Positions 1 to 10,392 are shown, counted from the first letter of the stretch. The stretch is 64,000 nucleotides of DNA from Bacillota bacterium (GCA_012798695.1 JAAZMR010000037.1:3150-67149); one strand, 5' to 3'. A program made the numbers and translations. Notes: generated by a model not told the origin, from the sequence alone.

Positions 1-1005
1 ATAGCTCCAGAGCCGCATCACGCCGGGCCGTTTCAGGGAATTGTAGGGCTTCCAATTCTGCTGGCTCGGGGTCTGCTCCATGAGCATATACGGCTTACCT
101 TCTTTGAGTCCACGCATCAAATCATATCGGAGAGCCACGTTAGACATATCTTCGCGGCTGGATGGATAGCTGTTAATAGAAATGATGTCTTGATAAGGAG
201 CCCACGCAAAGTAGTTGAGAAACTTGTATGTGCCCATGAAATTAGTCGTTACCATCAAGTCGGGCGTGTGCTCCTTGATTGCCTGGTATTCCTCCAAATA
301 ACATTCGAGCATGCTGTCAGACATGAAACGCTGATAGTCTAGAGATATTGCCTGAAAAGCTGTGCGAGTTGGATCCCGCTCAGACAAGTGCTCACTAAGA
401 ATGTTGGGAAGCACAATCTCCTCCCAATCATAGAAGGTATGGTTCCAAAAACGGGTACCCCAACGCTCATTTAACTCATCTAAGGAGCCGTAGCGCTTCT
501 GCAGCCAAACACGAAAAGCTCGCTCACAGTTTTCGCAATAGCAGTGACCGCCATATTCGTTAGATACGTGCCATGCTATCAAGGTAGGATGGTCTTTGTA
601 GCGCTCAGCCAACTTGCTTGCCAATCGTTTGGAATAATACCTAAAGGTGGGACTGTTGGGACAGGAATTATGGCGTATACCAAAGCGACGTTTCCGTCCT
701 TGAAAATCCACTCGGAGAATGTCTGGATACCGTCGCGCCATCCAGGCCGGATGAGCAGCGGTTGATGTGGCCATACAGGCATAAATCCCGTTTTTCGCCA
801 TCAGATTCAGAATTTCGTCCAGCCATCCGAATTCATAGCGCTCCTCTTCTGGTTGGAGCAGTGCCCAGCTGAATATAGGCAATGATGCCACATCAATATG
901 GGCCAGCTTGAACAAACGCATGTCTTCGTGCCAGATCTCACGGGGCCACTGATCAGGATTATAGTCGCCCCCATACCAGATCTTGGGTAATTTAGGGTTG
1001 ATCAT
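1..1005 (-). CDS. Beta-galactosidase, GH42 family (5' part; runs off the window start)
   Basis: Not in the ORF track. Manual translation from ATG 1005 (SD GGAGG upstream) gives MINPKLPKIWYGGDYNPDQW...WHVSNEYGGHCYC...RPGVMRLWSY, with the GH42 GGDYNPDQW and NEY (acid/base Glu) motifs and Zn-binding Cys residues. Confidence 0.93.
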   Translation of the reverse strand, partial: MINPKLPKIWYGGDYNPDQWPREIWHEDMRLFKLAHIDVASLPIFSWALLQPEEERYEFGWLDEILNLMAKNGIYACMATSTAAHPAWMARRYPDILRVDFQGRKRRFGIRHNSCPNSPTFRYYSKRLASKLAERYKDHPTLIAWHVSNEYGGHCYCENCERAFRVWLQKRYGSLDELNERWGTRFWNHTFYDWEEIVLPNILSEHLSERDPTRTAFQAISLDYQRFMSDSMLECYLEEYQAIKEHTPDLMVTTNFMGTYKFLNYFAWAPYQDIISINSYPSSREDMSNVALRYDLMRGLKEGKPYMLMEQTPSQQNWKPYNSLKRPGVMRLWSY

Positions 1006-1058
1006 ATAGGACTCGCCTCCCTTTTTATGCTAATATTAGACTCATATCTCACATTAGA

Positions 1059-1079
1059 CGCAAGAAGGGAAGTTCCTGC
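1059..1079 (-). promoter_or_regulatory. sigmaH-like promoter candidate for the beta-galactosidase gene
   Basis: Minus strand GCAGGAACT-N11-GTCTAAT versus consensus RnAGGAwWW-N11/12-RnnGAAT, with TAAT for GAAT; coordinates approximate. Confidence 0.3.
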
Positions 1080-1155
1080 GTAGGATAGTGGTCTATCCCT
1101 AGACAGGCCGACTGGAGTTACGATGGTAACGAGTTGACATCATGCGACAACATGC

Positions 1156-1713
1156 CTAGTAGACAATTTTCAGTCTGCCCGCCCCAACAAGCCACTGTCC
1201 TCGTTGTGTACTCCCTATGGGCCATCTGTCAATCACGACGTGTCCATGATAGGATGAGGCGTTAATGAACTCAAATTCATCATTGTTTATCCAGCGAACG
1301 AACAACCCACCATGCGTAACTCTGTCATGATCATTTGTAATAAATACAACATCCCCGGGCAACATGTCGGTCATTGGTAAGAGAACAACATTGAACCGCC
1401 AAAGATCATTAATAATGGCATCAGTTGTTACCCGGCTACCCACGCGAAATATGGCGTCCCTTCCAACCGCCTGTTTGTAAGACCAGGTAATAAGCCCGGA
1501 GCAATCGAATACGTCAGGGCCACGACCACCCAGGAGATACGCAGCCTTCTCCTTGGAGAGCGCATATTCCAGAGCTCTGAAGGCTGTCGCAGCAGGGGCG
1601 ACGGTATGTCTCTTGCCACGAAGAGATAGGCCAAAACAACCTGTTAACGATACTAGCAGAAAACATAGGATCGTGACTATCAGTATAGGTCTACTCACCC
1701 TGGTCATCTTCAC
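1156..1713 (-). CDS. NlpC/P60 (C40 peptidase) family lipoprotein
   Basis: Lipobox LTGC after a hydrophobic signal; FDCSGL catalytic Cys motif; PGDVVF and THGG His motif. Confidence 0.88.
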   Translation of the reverse strand: MKMTRVSRPILIVTILCFLLVSLTGCFGLSLRGKRHTVAPAATAFRALEYALSKEKAAYLLGGRGPDVFDCSGLITWSYKQAVGRDAIFRVGSRVTTDAIINDLWRFNVVLLPMTDMLPGDVVFITNDHDRVTHGGLFVRWINNDEFEFINASSYHGHVVIDRWPIGSTQRGQWLVGAGRLKIVY

Positions 1714-1822
1714 ACCATCTCATCTATCCAGTACTGCGGGGCTATCGCTCGAATGTGACTATCCCTAGTCTTTAATAATGCTCGGTCGAAGGCGATCACC
1801 TCCAGAGGCTCGAAGCACTAAG

Positions 1823-2908
1823 CTATTTACTGTCCTTCCCCCACAATCGCAGCCATCGCCTGATGAGGTCCGACTTGGCGTACAGCAACATGCTCTCTGG
1901 TCGGCCATATTTTTCTGCCAGTTCACCTATGGGGACATGAAACAAACCATAAAGCCCGGGCACAGAGCTAGTCTCAAAGCGTTTTAACACCATGTCGATG
2001 CCATCTGTCTGCAAGTTGCCCAAACTCCACCAAGGTGTTGTCTCTCCTAGATTAGTGAATACGTCCAGGTGGGGAGTGATCATGAATGCCAGTATGGAGG
2101 GAATGCTTGCATATGGTTCTTCAGAGCTCTTGAGTTCCTTGACCCATTCCGCTTCGGTTTTCCCGAGAGCATCCCTGATATTTGATGCATGGAAGTGTTT
2201 CATTGTTTTCGATCTAAGGTACTCAGGTATTCTCTCCAACACGTCCGCTGAGGGTCTTAAGTGCTCAATATGAAACCCCTCTCCATCAGGTACAGGAGTA
2301 TTGAGGAAAACGCAGAATTCTCCCCCGAGAGTAGCCACTCTATGATCGAGGTCTAGTGAGTGAACTAGTTCCACAAACTCGTCAAGCTCGGGAACCAACT
2401 TTTCGGTTAAGAACAGCTGCCATCGCGGATAGATTCCTTCTGCAAGCAACCGCTCCGTGGCAACTAGGCTGTCTCGAAACGCTCCAGATCTTCGGGTAAA
2501 GTAATCGGTGTTCTCCTCGAGCCCGAAGAACGATACTTGAACTGCTTTAGTCTTGACTTCTTTGAGCCATTTGGCGTAGTCTTCATCTCGAGCTAGTCGC
2601 CAGATACTTGCTAATTCGAACCGAACTGCTTGGCCTTCGTCGCTCAGTTCTTTTTCCAATTCCCACAATCTACGGTATTCAGATGAAAAGTCAGGCTCTC
2701 TGTACCATGTCTGGACTATCATTTGGTCAAAGAATGGAGTAGATTCTGTGGGGTGCACATACTCTCTGAACTGCTTGACCACCCAGCGCAAGGTTTCTTC
2801 AGACATGCGTATATTTGGACCATTGCCAACCCAGCAGTGCCTACAACGATTTGGACATCCCGCCATATCCAGAGTTACGGCCACTTTTCGTGCAGTTAGT
2901 GGTGGCAT
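1823..2908 (-). CDS. Radical SAM protein of unknown function
   Basis: N-terminal CxxxCxxC (CPNRCRHC); VSFFG and D(Y)FTRRSGAF resemble radical SAM core motifs. Confidence 0.85.
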   Translation of the reverse strand: MPPLTARKVAVTLDMAGCPNRCRHCWVGNGPNIRMSEETLRWVVKQFREYVHPTESTPFFDQMIVQTWYREPDFSSEYRRLWELEKELSDEGQAVRFELASIWRLARDEDYAKWLKEVKTKAVQVSFFGLEENTDYFTRRSGAFRDSLVATERLLAEGIYPRWQLFLTEKLVPELDEFVELVHSLDLDHRVATLGGEFCVFLNTPVPDGEGFHIEHLRPSADVLERIPEYLRSKTMKHFHASNIRDALGKTEAEWVKELKSSEEPYASIPSILAFMITPHLDVFTNLGETTPWWSLGNLQTDGIDMVLKRFETSSVPGLYGLFHVPIGELAEKYGRPESMLLYAKSDLIRRWLRLWGKDSK

Positions 2909-3043
2909 ATGTTACACTTCCTTGAACCTATTTTCACCATCGTTCTATGGTAGATAGCTTGCGGTCCCCGCATTGATACCTTCTTAGGCTAAAAGAGCCA
3001 TTATCCTCTTCATCTTATAGGCTCTCTGTTGGAGACAAACAGC

Positions 3044-3068
3044 AAAAACCCTGCCTCAGCAGGGTTTT
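3044..3068 (-). terminator. Intrinsic terminator downstream of tRNA-Pro
   Basis: Perfect stem AAAACCCTGC-loop-GCAGGGTTTT followed by a T-tract on the minus strand. Confidence 0.8.
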
Positions 3069-3073
3069 CCCTT

Positions 3074-3151
3074 TGGTCGGGCTGACAGGATTCGAACCTG
3101 CGACCTCATGACCCCCAGTCATGCGCGCTAGCCAAACTGCGCCACAGCCCG
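3074..3151 (-). tRNA. tRNA-Pro, anticodon GGG, CCA encoded
   Basis: Reverse complement CGGGCTGTGGCGCAGTTTGGCTAGCGCGCATGACTGGGGGTCATGAGGTCGCAGGTTCGAATCCTGTCAGCCCGACCA folds as a cloverleaf with a TTCGAAT T-loop and CATGA/TCATG anticodon stem. Confidence 0.97.
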
Positions 3152-3187
3152 ATTATGCAATTGATGTCTAATCCATCTGCATGCTTT

Positions 3188-3216
3188 ATTATAGCACTGT
3201 CGTTCGTGAAAAGCAA
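3188..3216 (-). promoter_or_regulatory. sigmaA promoter of tRNA-Pro
   Basis: TTGCTT-N17-TATAAT with an extended -10 TG. Confidence 0.75.
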
Positions 3217-3254
3217 GGGGATTTTGGTGGCTGCTGGCGGGGTAGCCCGGTTGT

Positions 3255-3992
3255 TCATAGTGAGTAATCAGCAATAGTCCTAAACGTTTCACTTTCAAAG
3301 AATCGCACCAGGTCAGCAAAGCTCCCTCGGTAGTGTGGTTCTCGGCGAAAGGGCCCCATATCCAACAAGCAGTCCTCCAGCAGGTATGTTTGTATCCCAA
3401 GATCCCGGGCCACTAGATCCTCACATGTATTATTGCCGATCATGATACATTCATGGGGAGAGCGACCTATGTTTTGGAGAATCTCGGCATAGTACTCGAC
3501 ATTAGGCTTGCAATAACACGATGTCTCATAGGTTGTAACCAAATGATAACGCAACTCGTCTATGCCACCCCACCGCATGCGCTCTTCAATGGCGATAGCG
3601 GGAAATACTGGATTGGTAGCAATGATCACTTCATAGCCCTTGTCAATCAGTCGCTCCACCAAGAAGCGAGCCTCTGGGATAGGTCTTACTTCCAACATGT
3701 GCTGGATTTTCGGAAAATCCTCTAAATAAAACTGTTCAAGTACAGGAACCAATTCTCCCAGCGGAATACCCAATCCATCAGGAAAGTGTTCCCAAAAGAC
3801 TTCCATATTGGTTCTGTCATCCAATGAGGTGATCATGGCCTCCGTAGCCTCCAACAGCTTCTGCACAAATCGCTTTGGCTCCAACAAAGGGGCAGCCTTT
3901 CTGGCCACAGAATCCAAGAATGCGTTTATGAATACATCATAATCATAGTGAACTAAAGTGCCATCCAAATCGAACATGATTGTCGTAATCAT
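3255..3992 (-). CDS. HAD-superfamily hydrolase
   Basis: Motif I FDLDGTL, ATN motif II, KP motif III, MIGNN..ED motif IV. Confidence 0.9.
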   Translation of the reverse strand: MITTIMFDLDGTLVHYDYDVFINAFLDSVARKAAPLLEPKRFVQKLLEATEAMITSLDDRTNMEVFWEHFPDGLGIPLGELVPVLEQFYLEDFPKIQHMLEVRPIPEARFLVERLIDKGYEVIIATNPVFPAIAIEERMRWGGIDELRYHLVTTYETSCYCKPNVEYYAEILQNIGRSPHECIMIGNNTCEDLVARDLGIQTYLLEDCLLDMGPFRREPHYRGSFADLVRFFESETFRTIADYSL

Positions 3993-4274
3993 CTAACCAC
4001 CCCAACCGTTCTCTATCTTTGGTATCGTATCACAAGGTCTAGGGCGCTAAGGCCTAATAGTACGTACAAATCCCAAACCTCTATGCATCACTATATACTA
4101 CCAGTACAAGTTTAGAAAGGGCTGGTGCAGGATTCTCAAGCTTCATCTCGTGAGAAAGGAACTTTATGAAGAAGATAGAACTCGTCAATGTAGGTCAAGG
4201 GAGATTCCTTGGGCTCATGCATCCAGGAACTAACAGGGTTTAGAGTAGCTTGGACACTCAAAAGGAGGAGCATC

Positions 4275-5558
4275 ATGGACCGGGAACATGAGTACTATCA
4301 AGTTTTTCCGCTAGTCGTACCAGCCGACCAGATGACCACGATTACCATCAGATCACCATATGATCACTGCCGTTTTGAAGATGCCAAAGAATACGAAGTT
4401 GCCTACTATCCCAAAGAGTATTGGCCCAATGAACACCCAAAAAAGGAATTTGCTGTCAGAGCTCAAGGTAGCAGCCTGATCATACCCTATCATTTTACAG
4501 GAGAACAGGAACATATCTTTGCTGTAGCCACTCAAGTAAATGGCACTAGAAAACCAATCGGCACCTTCTCTGTCTACTCTCTTCAGCGGGACCTCTTTGA
4601 GAGAAGGCCCTTTAAGGGCGATCTACACATGCATACCTATTATTCAGACGGAGCGGAATCACCGGCATATGTGGCCGCCTCTAGTCGTAAGATAGGCCTG
4701 GATTTCATTGCCATCACGGATCACCACAAATATGCACCTTCACTTGAGGCCCTAGAGGCGTACAGTTCCACGGTAGTAGATCTGCAGATGTTTCCGGGTG
4801 AAGAGGTGCACCCTCCCGAATGCCATACACACATAGTAAACTTTGGCGGCAGTTTTAGTATAAACGAGCTGTTCGAGGACCGGAATTGGTACCAACACGA
4901 GATCAAACGAGTCATTGAGGAGCTTGGTCCTTTGCCACCCGGAATAGAGCCTCATGAATATGCTTCAGTGTTCTGGTGCTTTGAAAAGGTGCGCGAAGCT
5001 CAAGGGCTCGGCATATTTTGTCACCCTCACTGGGTCACTGATAACCGATACAACATCCCTCAGCCCTTCTTGGAATATGTCTTTGAAAAGCAGCCATTTG
5101 ACGCTTTTGAGCTGTTAGGTGGAATAACCCCCGAAGATAACAACTTACAGGTAGCCTATTACAATGAACAAAGAGCCCATGGTAAGGTAATTCCTATCGT
5201 GGGAGTGAGTGATGCTCATGGCTGCCACTCTCGCCAGAACTTTGGAGCCACTTATGCGATGGTGTTCTCCCCTACCTTAAGGTTACAGGACATCATTTCT
5301 AGCATCAACGAACTGTACAGTGTAGCCATTGAAGCGATACCCGGAGAAAACCCCCGGGTGTACGGACCCTTCCGGCTAGTCAAATACGCCCGGTTTCTCT
5401 TGCGGGAATATATACCACTACATGACCGCTTGTGTTTTGCTGAAGGAAACCATATGCTCGACTTCATCCGTGGGAGCAAAGACGCGGCCGCCTGGCTAGA
5501 GGCTAGCCAAGGCCAAACGAAAAGATTGATGGATAGGCTCTGGGCAAAAGGCACATAA
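4275..5558 (+). CDS. PHP-domain (metal-dependent phosphoesterase-like) protein with N-terminal extension
   Basis: DLHMHTYYSDG, ITDHH, GEEVH, CHPHW, SDAH motifs. Start moved to ATG 4275 behind SD AAAGGAGG. Confidence 0.85.
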   Translation: MDREHEYYQVFPLVVPADQMTTITIRSPYDHCRFEDAKEYEVAYYPKEYWPNEHPKKEFAVRAQGSSLIIPYHFTGEQEHIFAVATQVNGTRKPIGTFSVYSLQRDLFERRPFKGDLHMHTYYSDGAESPAYVAASSRKIGLDFIAITDHHKYAPSLEALEAYSSTVVDLQMFPGEEVHPPECHTHIVNFGGSFSINELFEDRNWYQHEIKRVIEELGPLPPGIEPHEYASVFWCFEKVREAQGLGIFCHPHWVTDNRYNIPQPFLEYVFEKQPFDAFELLGGITPEDNNLQVAYYNEQRAHGKVIPIVGVSDAHGCHSRQNFGATYAMVFSPTLRLQDIISSINELYSVAIEAIPGENPRVYGPFRLVKYARFLLREYIPLHDRLCFAEGNHMLDFIRGSKDAAAWLEASQGQTKRLMDRLWAKGT

Positions 5559-5566
5559 AATGAATC

Positions 5567-5599
5567 AGGGGGAGGTGGGTACACAAAGTGCCTCCCCCT
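5567..5599. terminator. Stem-loop between convergent PHP and aspartokinase genes
   Basis: AGGGGGAGG...CCTCCCCCT inverted repeat; no strong U-tract. Confidence 0.45.
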
Positions 5600-5624
5600 C
5601 AACACGCTATTCCGGTCTTTAGGC

Positions 5625-6851
5625 CTACACCGGAAGCTCTTCACCCAATCTAAATCGGTCATGAATGGCCTTGACGGCGCTTTCTACCCTGTCGGCGCCG
5701 ATCAGGCAGGACACCTTGATCTCGGAGGTACTGATTACTTCAATGTTAATACCATTTTCCGCCAGAGTACCGAACATGGCTGCCGCTACACCCGGATTAC
5801 TCATCATGCCAGCACCAACAATCGAAACCTTAGCCAGCCGATCATTATACAAGACATCAGCGATGCCTAGCTCATCACGAAGCTGCTCAATCAACCGCCG
5901 TGTCAAGGCGTAATCATCCTGACAAATTGTAAATAATAGGTCTGTTACAGGACCCTGTTTAGTGGTCTGCACTATCATGTCGACATTGATGCCATCCGCA
6001 GCTAAGGTGGAAAAAATCTTATGGGCAACACCGGGCCGGTCCGGCACGTCGACGAGCATTACCTTCACTACATTCATATCACGGGTAACGCCACTCACAA
6101 CTCGCTGTTTTTCCATCAGATCGTCTCCTTTGACCAATGTACCAAGACTGTAACTAAAGCTGGAACGGACATGAATAGTAACCCCCCACGCTGCCGCTAG
6201 TTCCACTGCCCTAGGCTGCAGAATACCCGCCCCCAGGCTAGCCAATTCCAACATTTCTCCATGGGAAATCTCGTCTAGCTTGCGAGCAGTTTGAACCAAC
6301 CGCGGGTCGGCCGTATAAACACCATCTACATCTGTATAAATCTCACAGGCGGCAGCATCAAGTGCTGCAGCCAAAGCCACAGCGGTGGTATCAGAACCTC
6401 CCCGCCCGAGAGTGGTAATATCACCCAAATCATTGATCCCCTGAAACCCAGCGACGATCACGATTCTTTCATCATATAGCTCTTTCTTAACCCGGGCCGG
6501 GTCTACCCTTAGGATCTTGGCTCTCGTATAGAGGCTGTCTGTACAAATCCCGCCTTGAGCACCGGTCAAGGAAATGACCCCATGGCCCCCCTCGGCTATG
6601 GCCATAGCTAAAAGAGCAATCGAGATCTGTTCGCCGGTGGACAAAAGCATATCTAATTCACGCTTAGGCGGTGATTGTGAGATCTCTTTCGCCTTCCCCA
6701 ACAGCTCATCGGTGGTATCCCCCTGGGCCGAGACGACTGCTACCACTCGGTACCCTGCTTCTTTGGCCCGGATTATCCGTCGGGCAACCGCCTTCAACCT
6801 CTGACCATCGGCGACTGAAGAACCACCATATTTTTGCACTAAGATATTCAA
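5625..6851 (-). CDS. lysC: Aspartate kinase (two ACT domains, alpha/beta type)
   Basis: VQKYGGSSV, TLGRGGSDTTAVA, DVDGVYTADPR, STSEIKVSCL motifs. Confidence 0.95.
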   Translation of the reverse strand: MNILVQKYGGSSVADGQRLKAVARRIIRAKEAGYRVVAVVSAQGDTTDELLGKAKEISQSPPKRELDMLLSTGEQISIALLAMAIAEGGHGVISLTGAQGGICTDSLYTRAKILRVDPARVKKELYDERIVIVAGFQGINDLGDITTLGRGGSDTTAVALAAALDAAACEIYTDVDGVYTADPRLVQTARKLDEISHGEMLELASLGAGILQPRAVELAAAWGVTIHVRSSFSYSLGTLVKGDDLMEKQRVVSGVTRDMNVVKVMLVDVPDRPGVAHKIFSTLAADGINVDMIVQTTKQGPVTDLLFTICQDDYALTRRLIEQLRDELGIADVLYNDRLAKVSIVGAGMMSNPGVAAAMFGTLAENGINIEVISTSEIKVSCLIGADRVESAVKAIHDRFRLGEELPV

Positions 6852-6877
6852 AGCTCCCCCTCCTACCCATCTCTATA

Positions 6878-7783
6878 CTATCCCGCCAGGTGCGCACCCT
6901 TGATCGCTGGTCTTGTTTCGATAATCTCACACTCAATACCATGATCAATGAAGGCCTGCTGCATGACCTTACCGACTTCATCTGCATTTCCTATAGTCAA
7001 GGCTACCACGGAGGGCCCGGCCCCTGAAAGAGCCGCTCCCACAGCTCCAGCCTCGACTGCAGCAGTTAAGACCTCTTCGAGCCCTGGAACCAACGCCGCC
7101 CGGAAAGGCTGATGCAATCGATCAGCCATGGCCTTGCCTAGAACTTCCCAGCGTTTCTTGGTCCAAGCTGCTATGAAAAGGGCAGCTCTGCCTACATTAA
7201 ACACCGCATCCTTATATGGAACCTTCTCAGGCAGCACACTACGCGCCTTGCTCGTACTGAGCTCAAACCGTGGTACAGCCAGAATCACCTGCAGCTCCTC
7301 ACAAGAATCCAAAACCAGGTAGTCCACCTCGCTATGGTTATCCTCTTTAGCTGTAACCACCAATCCACCCAATAGGGCGGGAGCAATGTTATCAGGATGA
7401 CCCTCAATCATTGTCGCTAAGGATAATAGCTCCGCAGTGCTCAGGCACAAGCCTCCCAGATGATTGGCAGCGTACAAACCCGCTATTACTGCTGTTGCAC
7501 TACTACCTAAGCCCCTGCCTATTGGTATCCTGCTTTCAATATGCAGTTTGACAGAAGGAGCTGACCTAGATCTGTAGGCATGTGCCGCATCCCAGGCTCT
7601 ATACACTAATTGGCCTCGGTCTGATTCCAGCTCCTGTTGCCCTTCTCCTGTAACAGAAAACTCATTACTCCCCAGTTGGAAATCGAAGCAGTTATAGAGT
7701 TCGAGTGCCATCCCCATACAGTCAAACCCAGCCCCGAGATTCGCAGTTGTTGCAGGTACAAGCACTCGTGCCTGTTTCCCCAT
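6878..7783 (-). CDS. thrB: Homoserine kinase
   Basis: VPATTANLGAGFD, IPIGRGLGSSA (GHMP), EGHPDN, LSGAGPS motifs. Confidence 0.96.
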   Translation of the reverse strand: MGKQARVLVPATTANLGAGFDCMGMALELYNCFDFQLGSNEFSVTGEGQQELESDRGQLVYRAWDAAHAYRSRSAPSVKLHIESRIPIGRGLGSSATAVIAGLYAANHLGGLCLSTAELLSLATMIEGHPDNIAPALLGGLVVTAKEDNHSEVDYLVLDSCEELQVILAVPRFELSTSKARSVLPEKVPYKDAVFNVGRAALFIAAWTKKRWEVLGKAMADRLHQPFRAALVPGLEEVLTAAVEAGAVGAALSGAGPSVVALTIGNADEVGKVMQQAFIDHGIECEIIETRPAIKGAHLAG

Positions 7784-7868
7784 TCATATCTCCCCACCTA
7801 TGTGGAATCACCATCGTCATCAAGCTGAAAGCTGCAAGACCATTTTGCGAGTTGGCCTCTTATGTTCA

Positions 7869-8930
7869 TTATCTAAGCGCCATGACCACTGCGGCAATCT
7901 CTTCCAGATCTGCATTCAGAACCAGCGGTGCTTCGGAAACAGCCATAGCTTGATCCGGATCCTTTAGGCCATGGCCGGTAAGCACCGCAACTACTTGCGC
8001 TCCCGGCGGGAAATACTCGGCATCTATCAGTTTAGATATTCCGGCCAGGGAAGCCGCTGATGCTGGTTCACAGAAGATGCCTTCCGTTTGAGCCAATAAA
8101 CGATATGCCTGCAGGATATCCTGGTCAGATACTTTGTCGATCAGACCACCTGATTCATCTCGAGCTCGGACAGCCTTTTGCCAACTGGCAGGATTCCCGA
8201 TGCGAATAGCTGTAGCAATGGTTTCGGGGTGCTCGAATACCCGATTTTCCACGATGGGCGCGGCTCCTGCGGCTTGAAATCCCAAGAGCTTAGGAAGTTT
8301 GCTGCTGAGATTGCTAGCTTGGTATTCCTGAAACCCTTGCCAATACGCGGTGATATTGCCCGCATTGCCGACTGGTATGGATAGGTAATCAGGTGCATCT
8401 CCTAGAGCATCAACAATCTCAAAGGCCGCCGTTTTTTGCCCTTCCAGCCGGTAGGGGTTCAAGGAGTTGACTAGTGTTATAGGATACTGCTCAGTGAGCG
8501 CACGTACGCATCTCAAGGCATCATCGAAATTCCCTCTAATGGCAATCACTTCGGCTCCCTGCATAAGCGCTTGTGCTAGCTTGCCTAAAGCTATAGCTCC
8601 CTCGGGCAACAACACTATGCACCGCAATCCGGCTCGGGCAGCGTAAGCTGCGGCCGAGGCAGATGTATTGCCGGTTGAGGCACACATGACCGCCTTTGAC
8701 CCAGCTTCTACCGCTTTTGATACAGCCATGGTCATTCCCCGATCCTTAAAGGAACCAGTGGGATTGAGCCCTTCGTATTTGACATAGAGTTCTAGGTCTC
8801 CTCCGATAGCCGTAACAAAGTTGGGTATCGCTAAGAGCGGAGTATTGCCCTCTTGTAAGGTAATGATCGGCATCGTCTCCGTCACCGGAAGGAACTCGTG
8901 GTATGCCCTAATGATCCCATCCCAAGACAT
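7869..8930 (-). CDS. thrC: Threonine synthase
   Basis: [16 protein letters not shown] (PLP Lys), [23 protein letters not shown] motifs. Confidence 0.96.
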   Translation of the reverse strand: MSWDGIIRAYHEFLPVTETMPIITLQEGNTPLLAIPNFVTAIGGDLELYVKYEGLNPTGSFKDRGMTMAVSKAVEAGSKAVMCASTGNTSASAAAYAARAGLRCIVLLPEGAIALGKLAQALMQGAEVIAIRGNFDDALRCVRALTEQYPITLVNSLNPYRLEGQKTAAFEIVDALGDAPDYLSIPVGNAGNITAYWQGFQEYQASNLSSKLPKLLGFQAAGAAPIVENRVFEHPETIATAIRIGNPASWQKAVRARDESGGLIDKVSDQDILQAYRLLAQTEGIFCEPASAASLAGISKLIDAEYFPPGAQVVAVLTGHGLKDPDQAMAVSEAPLVLNADLEEIAAVVMALR

Positions 8931-10225
8931 CAGCGCAAGCCTCCCTCTACTCGAATCACACTGGCAATATGCTTGATAGAAGGTAGACTAGCTATCCGCG
9001 CCAGGCTAGCTCGCAATTGCCGTTCTTCTACCTCATGAGTAATGAAAACAATCGGTACTGGTTGGTCCTGCCCCCGCCCCTGCTGGATCATAGACTCTAT
9101 ACTAACACCCTCTGCCCCAAAGCTAGCGGCAACTTGAGCCAATACTCCCGGTTTGTCCACTGCATGTAGACGAATATAGTAACGAGTACGTACATCGCCG
9201 ATAGCCTCTACCGGAATCGGTTGCCAAAGCGTCTCTACCCGGTGATGTGCACCTCGCTTACGGTTGCGCAAGACGTCTACTATGTCAGCGATGACGGCAC
9301 TGCCGGTGGGCAGATCGCCCGCTCCTCGCCCATAGAACATGAGGTCACCTACTGCGTCACCCCGCACAAATATGGCATTAAACACTCCATGCACGGCTGC
9401 CAGTGGATGTCGATTGGGAACAAAGGTAGGATGCACTCTCGCCTCAATCCCTCTTGGTTGCCTTTTGGCTATAGCCAGAAGCTTAATCGTATACCCGAAA
9501 TGCTCAGCAAAGGCGATATCCTCCGCCGTTATCTGAGATATCCCTTCACAGTATACCTGATGGATTGATATCGGTGTCTGAAAAGCCAAGGAAGCCAAAA
9601 TGACTAGTTTATGGGCGGCATCATGACCCTCAATATCCGCTGCGGGATCTGCTTCCGCGTAACCTAAAGCTTGGGCCTCGGCGAGCACATCGACGAAATC
9701 CGCCTTCTCCTGGGTCATCCGACTGAGGATATAGTTGGTTGTCCCATTGACAATTCCCATAACCTCTTCGATGCGATTCCCTACTAGGGACTCCCTTAAT
9801 GGCTTAATAATCGGAATCCCTCCACCTACTGAGCCTTCATAGTAAAGGTCAACCCCTTTACTGGCAGCTAGGCGAATCAGCCGTGCTCCATGGGAGGCAA
9901 TGAGAGCCTTGTTGGCAGTAACCACATGCTTACCTGCATCTAAAGCGGCATGGACATACTCATAGGCAGGCTCCAGGCCACCCATCAACTCTACCACCAC
10001 TGTGATCTCGGGATCACCCAAGATGTCGGTTACATCTGTGGTAAGCAGACACGAATCCACCTTCACAGCACGGGGTTTATCTAGGTCACGGACCAAGATC
10101 TTGGCTATCTCAAAATCAGTACCCGCCCGATGGGAGATAACCTCCCGATTCTGTTGCAGGATCTTGCATACTCCTGCTCCCACAGTGCCTAGCCCTAGCA
10201 AACCCAATTTCACTGGTCTATCCAT
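8930..10225 (-). CDS. hom: Homoserine dehydrogenase with C-terminal ACT domain
   Basis: [41 protein letters not shown] motifs. Confidence 0.96.
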   Translation of the reverse strand: MDRPVKLGLLGLGTVGAGVCKILQQNREVISHRAGTDFEIAKILVRDLDKPRAVKVDSCLLTTDVTDILGDPEITVVVELMGGLEPAYEYVHAALDAGKHVVTANKALIASHGARLIRLAASKGVDLYYEGSVGGGIPIIKPLRESLVGNRIEEVMGIVNGTTNYILSRMTQEKADFVDVLAEAQALGYAEADPAADIEGHDAAHKLVILASLAFQTPISIHQVYCEGISQITAEDIAFAEHFGYTIKLLAIAKRQPRGIEARVHPTFVPNRHPLAAVHGVFNAIFVRGDAVGDLMFYGRGAGDLPTGSAVIADIVDVLRNRKRGAHHRVETLWQPIPVEAIGDVRTRYYIRLHAVDKPGVLAQVAASFGAEGVSIESMIQQGRGQDQPVPIVFITHEVEERQLRASLARIASLPSIKHIASVIRVEGGLR

Positions 10226-10326
10226 ATTATGCGGCTCCAGCCTTCGCTCCCTCTAAAGATTTAGTAACCCGAAGTAGTTGCCCCCACTAGACGGCTCAGG
10301 TATCTACCCGGTATATACTTTGATTA

Positions 10327-10355
10327 ATTATACCATCACTCTCACTACTGGGGAA
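10327..10355 (-). promoter_or_regulatory. sigmaA promoter of the hom-thrC-thrB-ask operon
   Basis: TTCCCC-N17-TATAAT with extended TG. Confidence 0.6.
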
Positions 10356-10392
10356 GTGCTCAGCACATCTATCTCTCATAATCTAGTCAACT

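Noticed and set aside
544-782. Short ORFs at 544-765 and 579-782
   Set aside because: They are alternative frames inside the GH42 beta-galactosidase gene, which the ORF track missed.
1794-1803. Perfect SD / anti-SD-like GATCACCTCC in an intergenic region
   Set aside because: No start codon or ORF follows and there is no rRNA context; insufficient support.
3128-3400. 90-aa ORF overlapping the HAD 3' end and tRNA
   Set aside because: It overlaps the tRNA and its promoter; a spurious frame.
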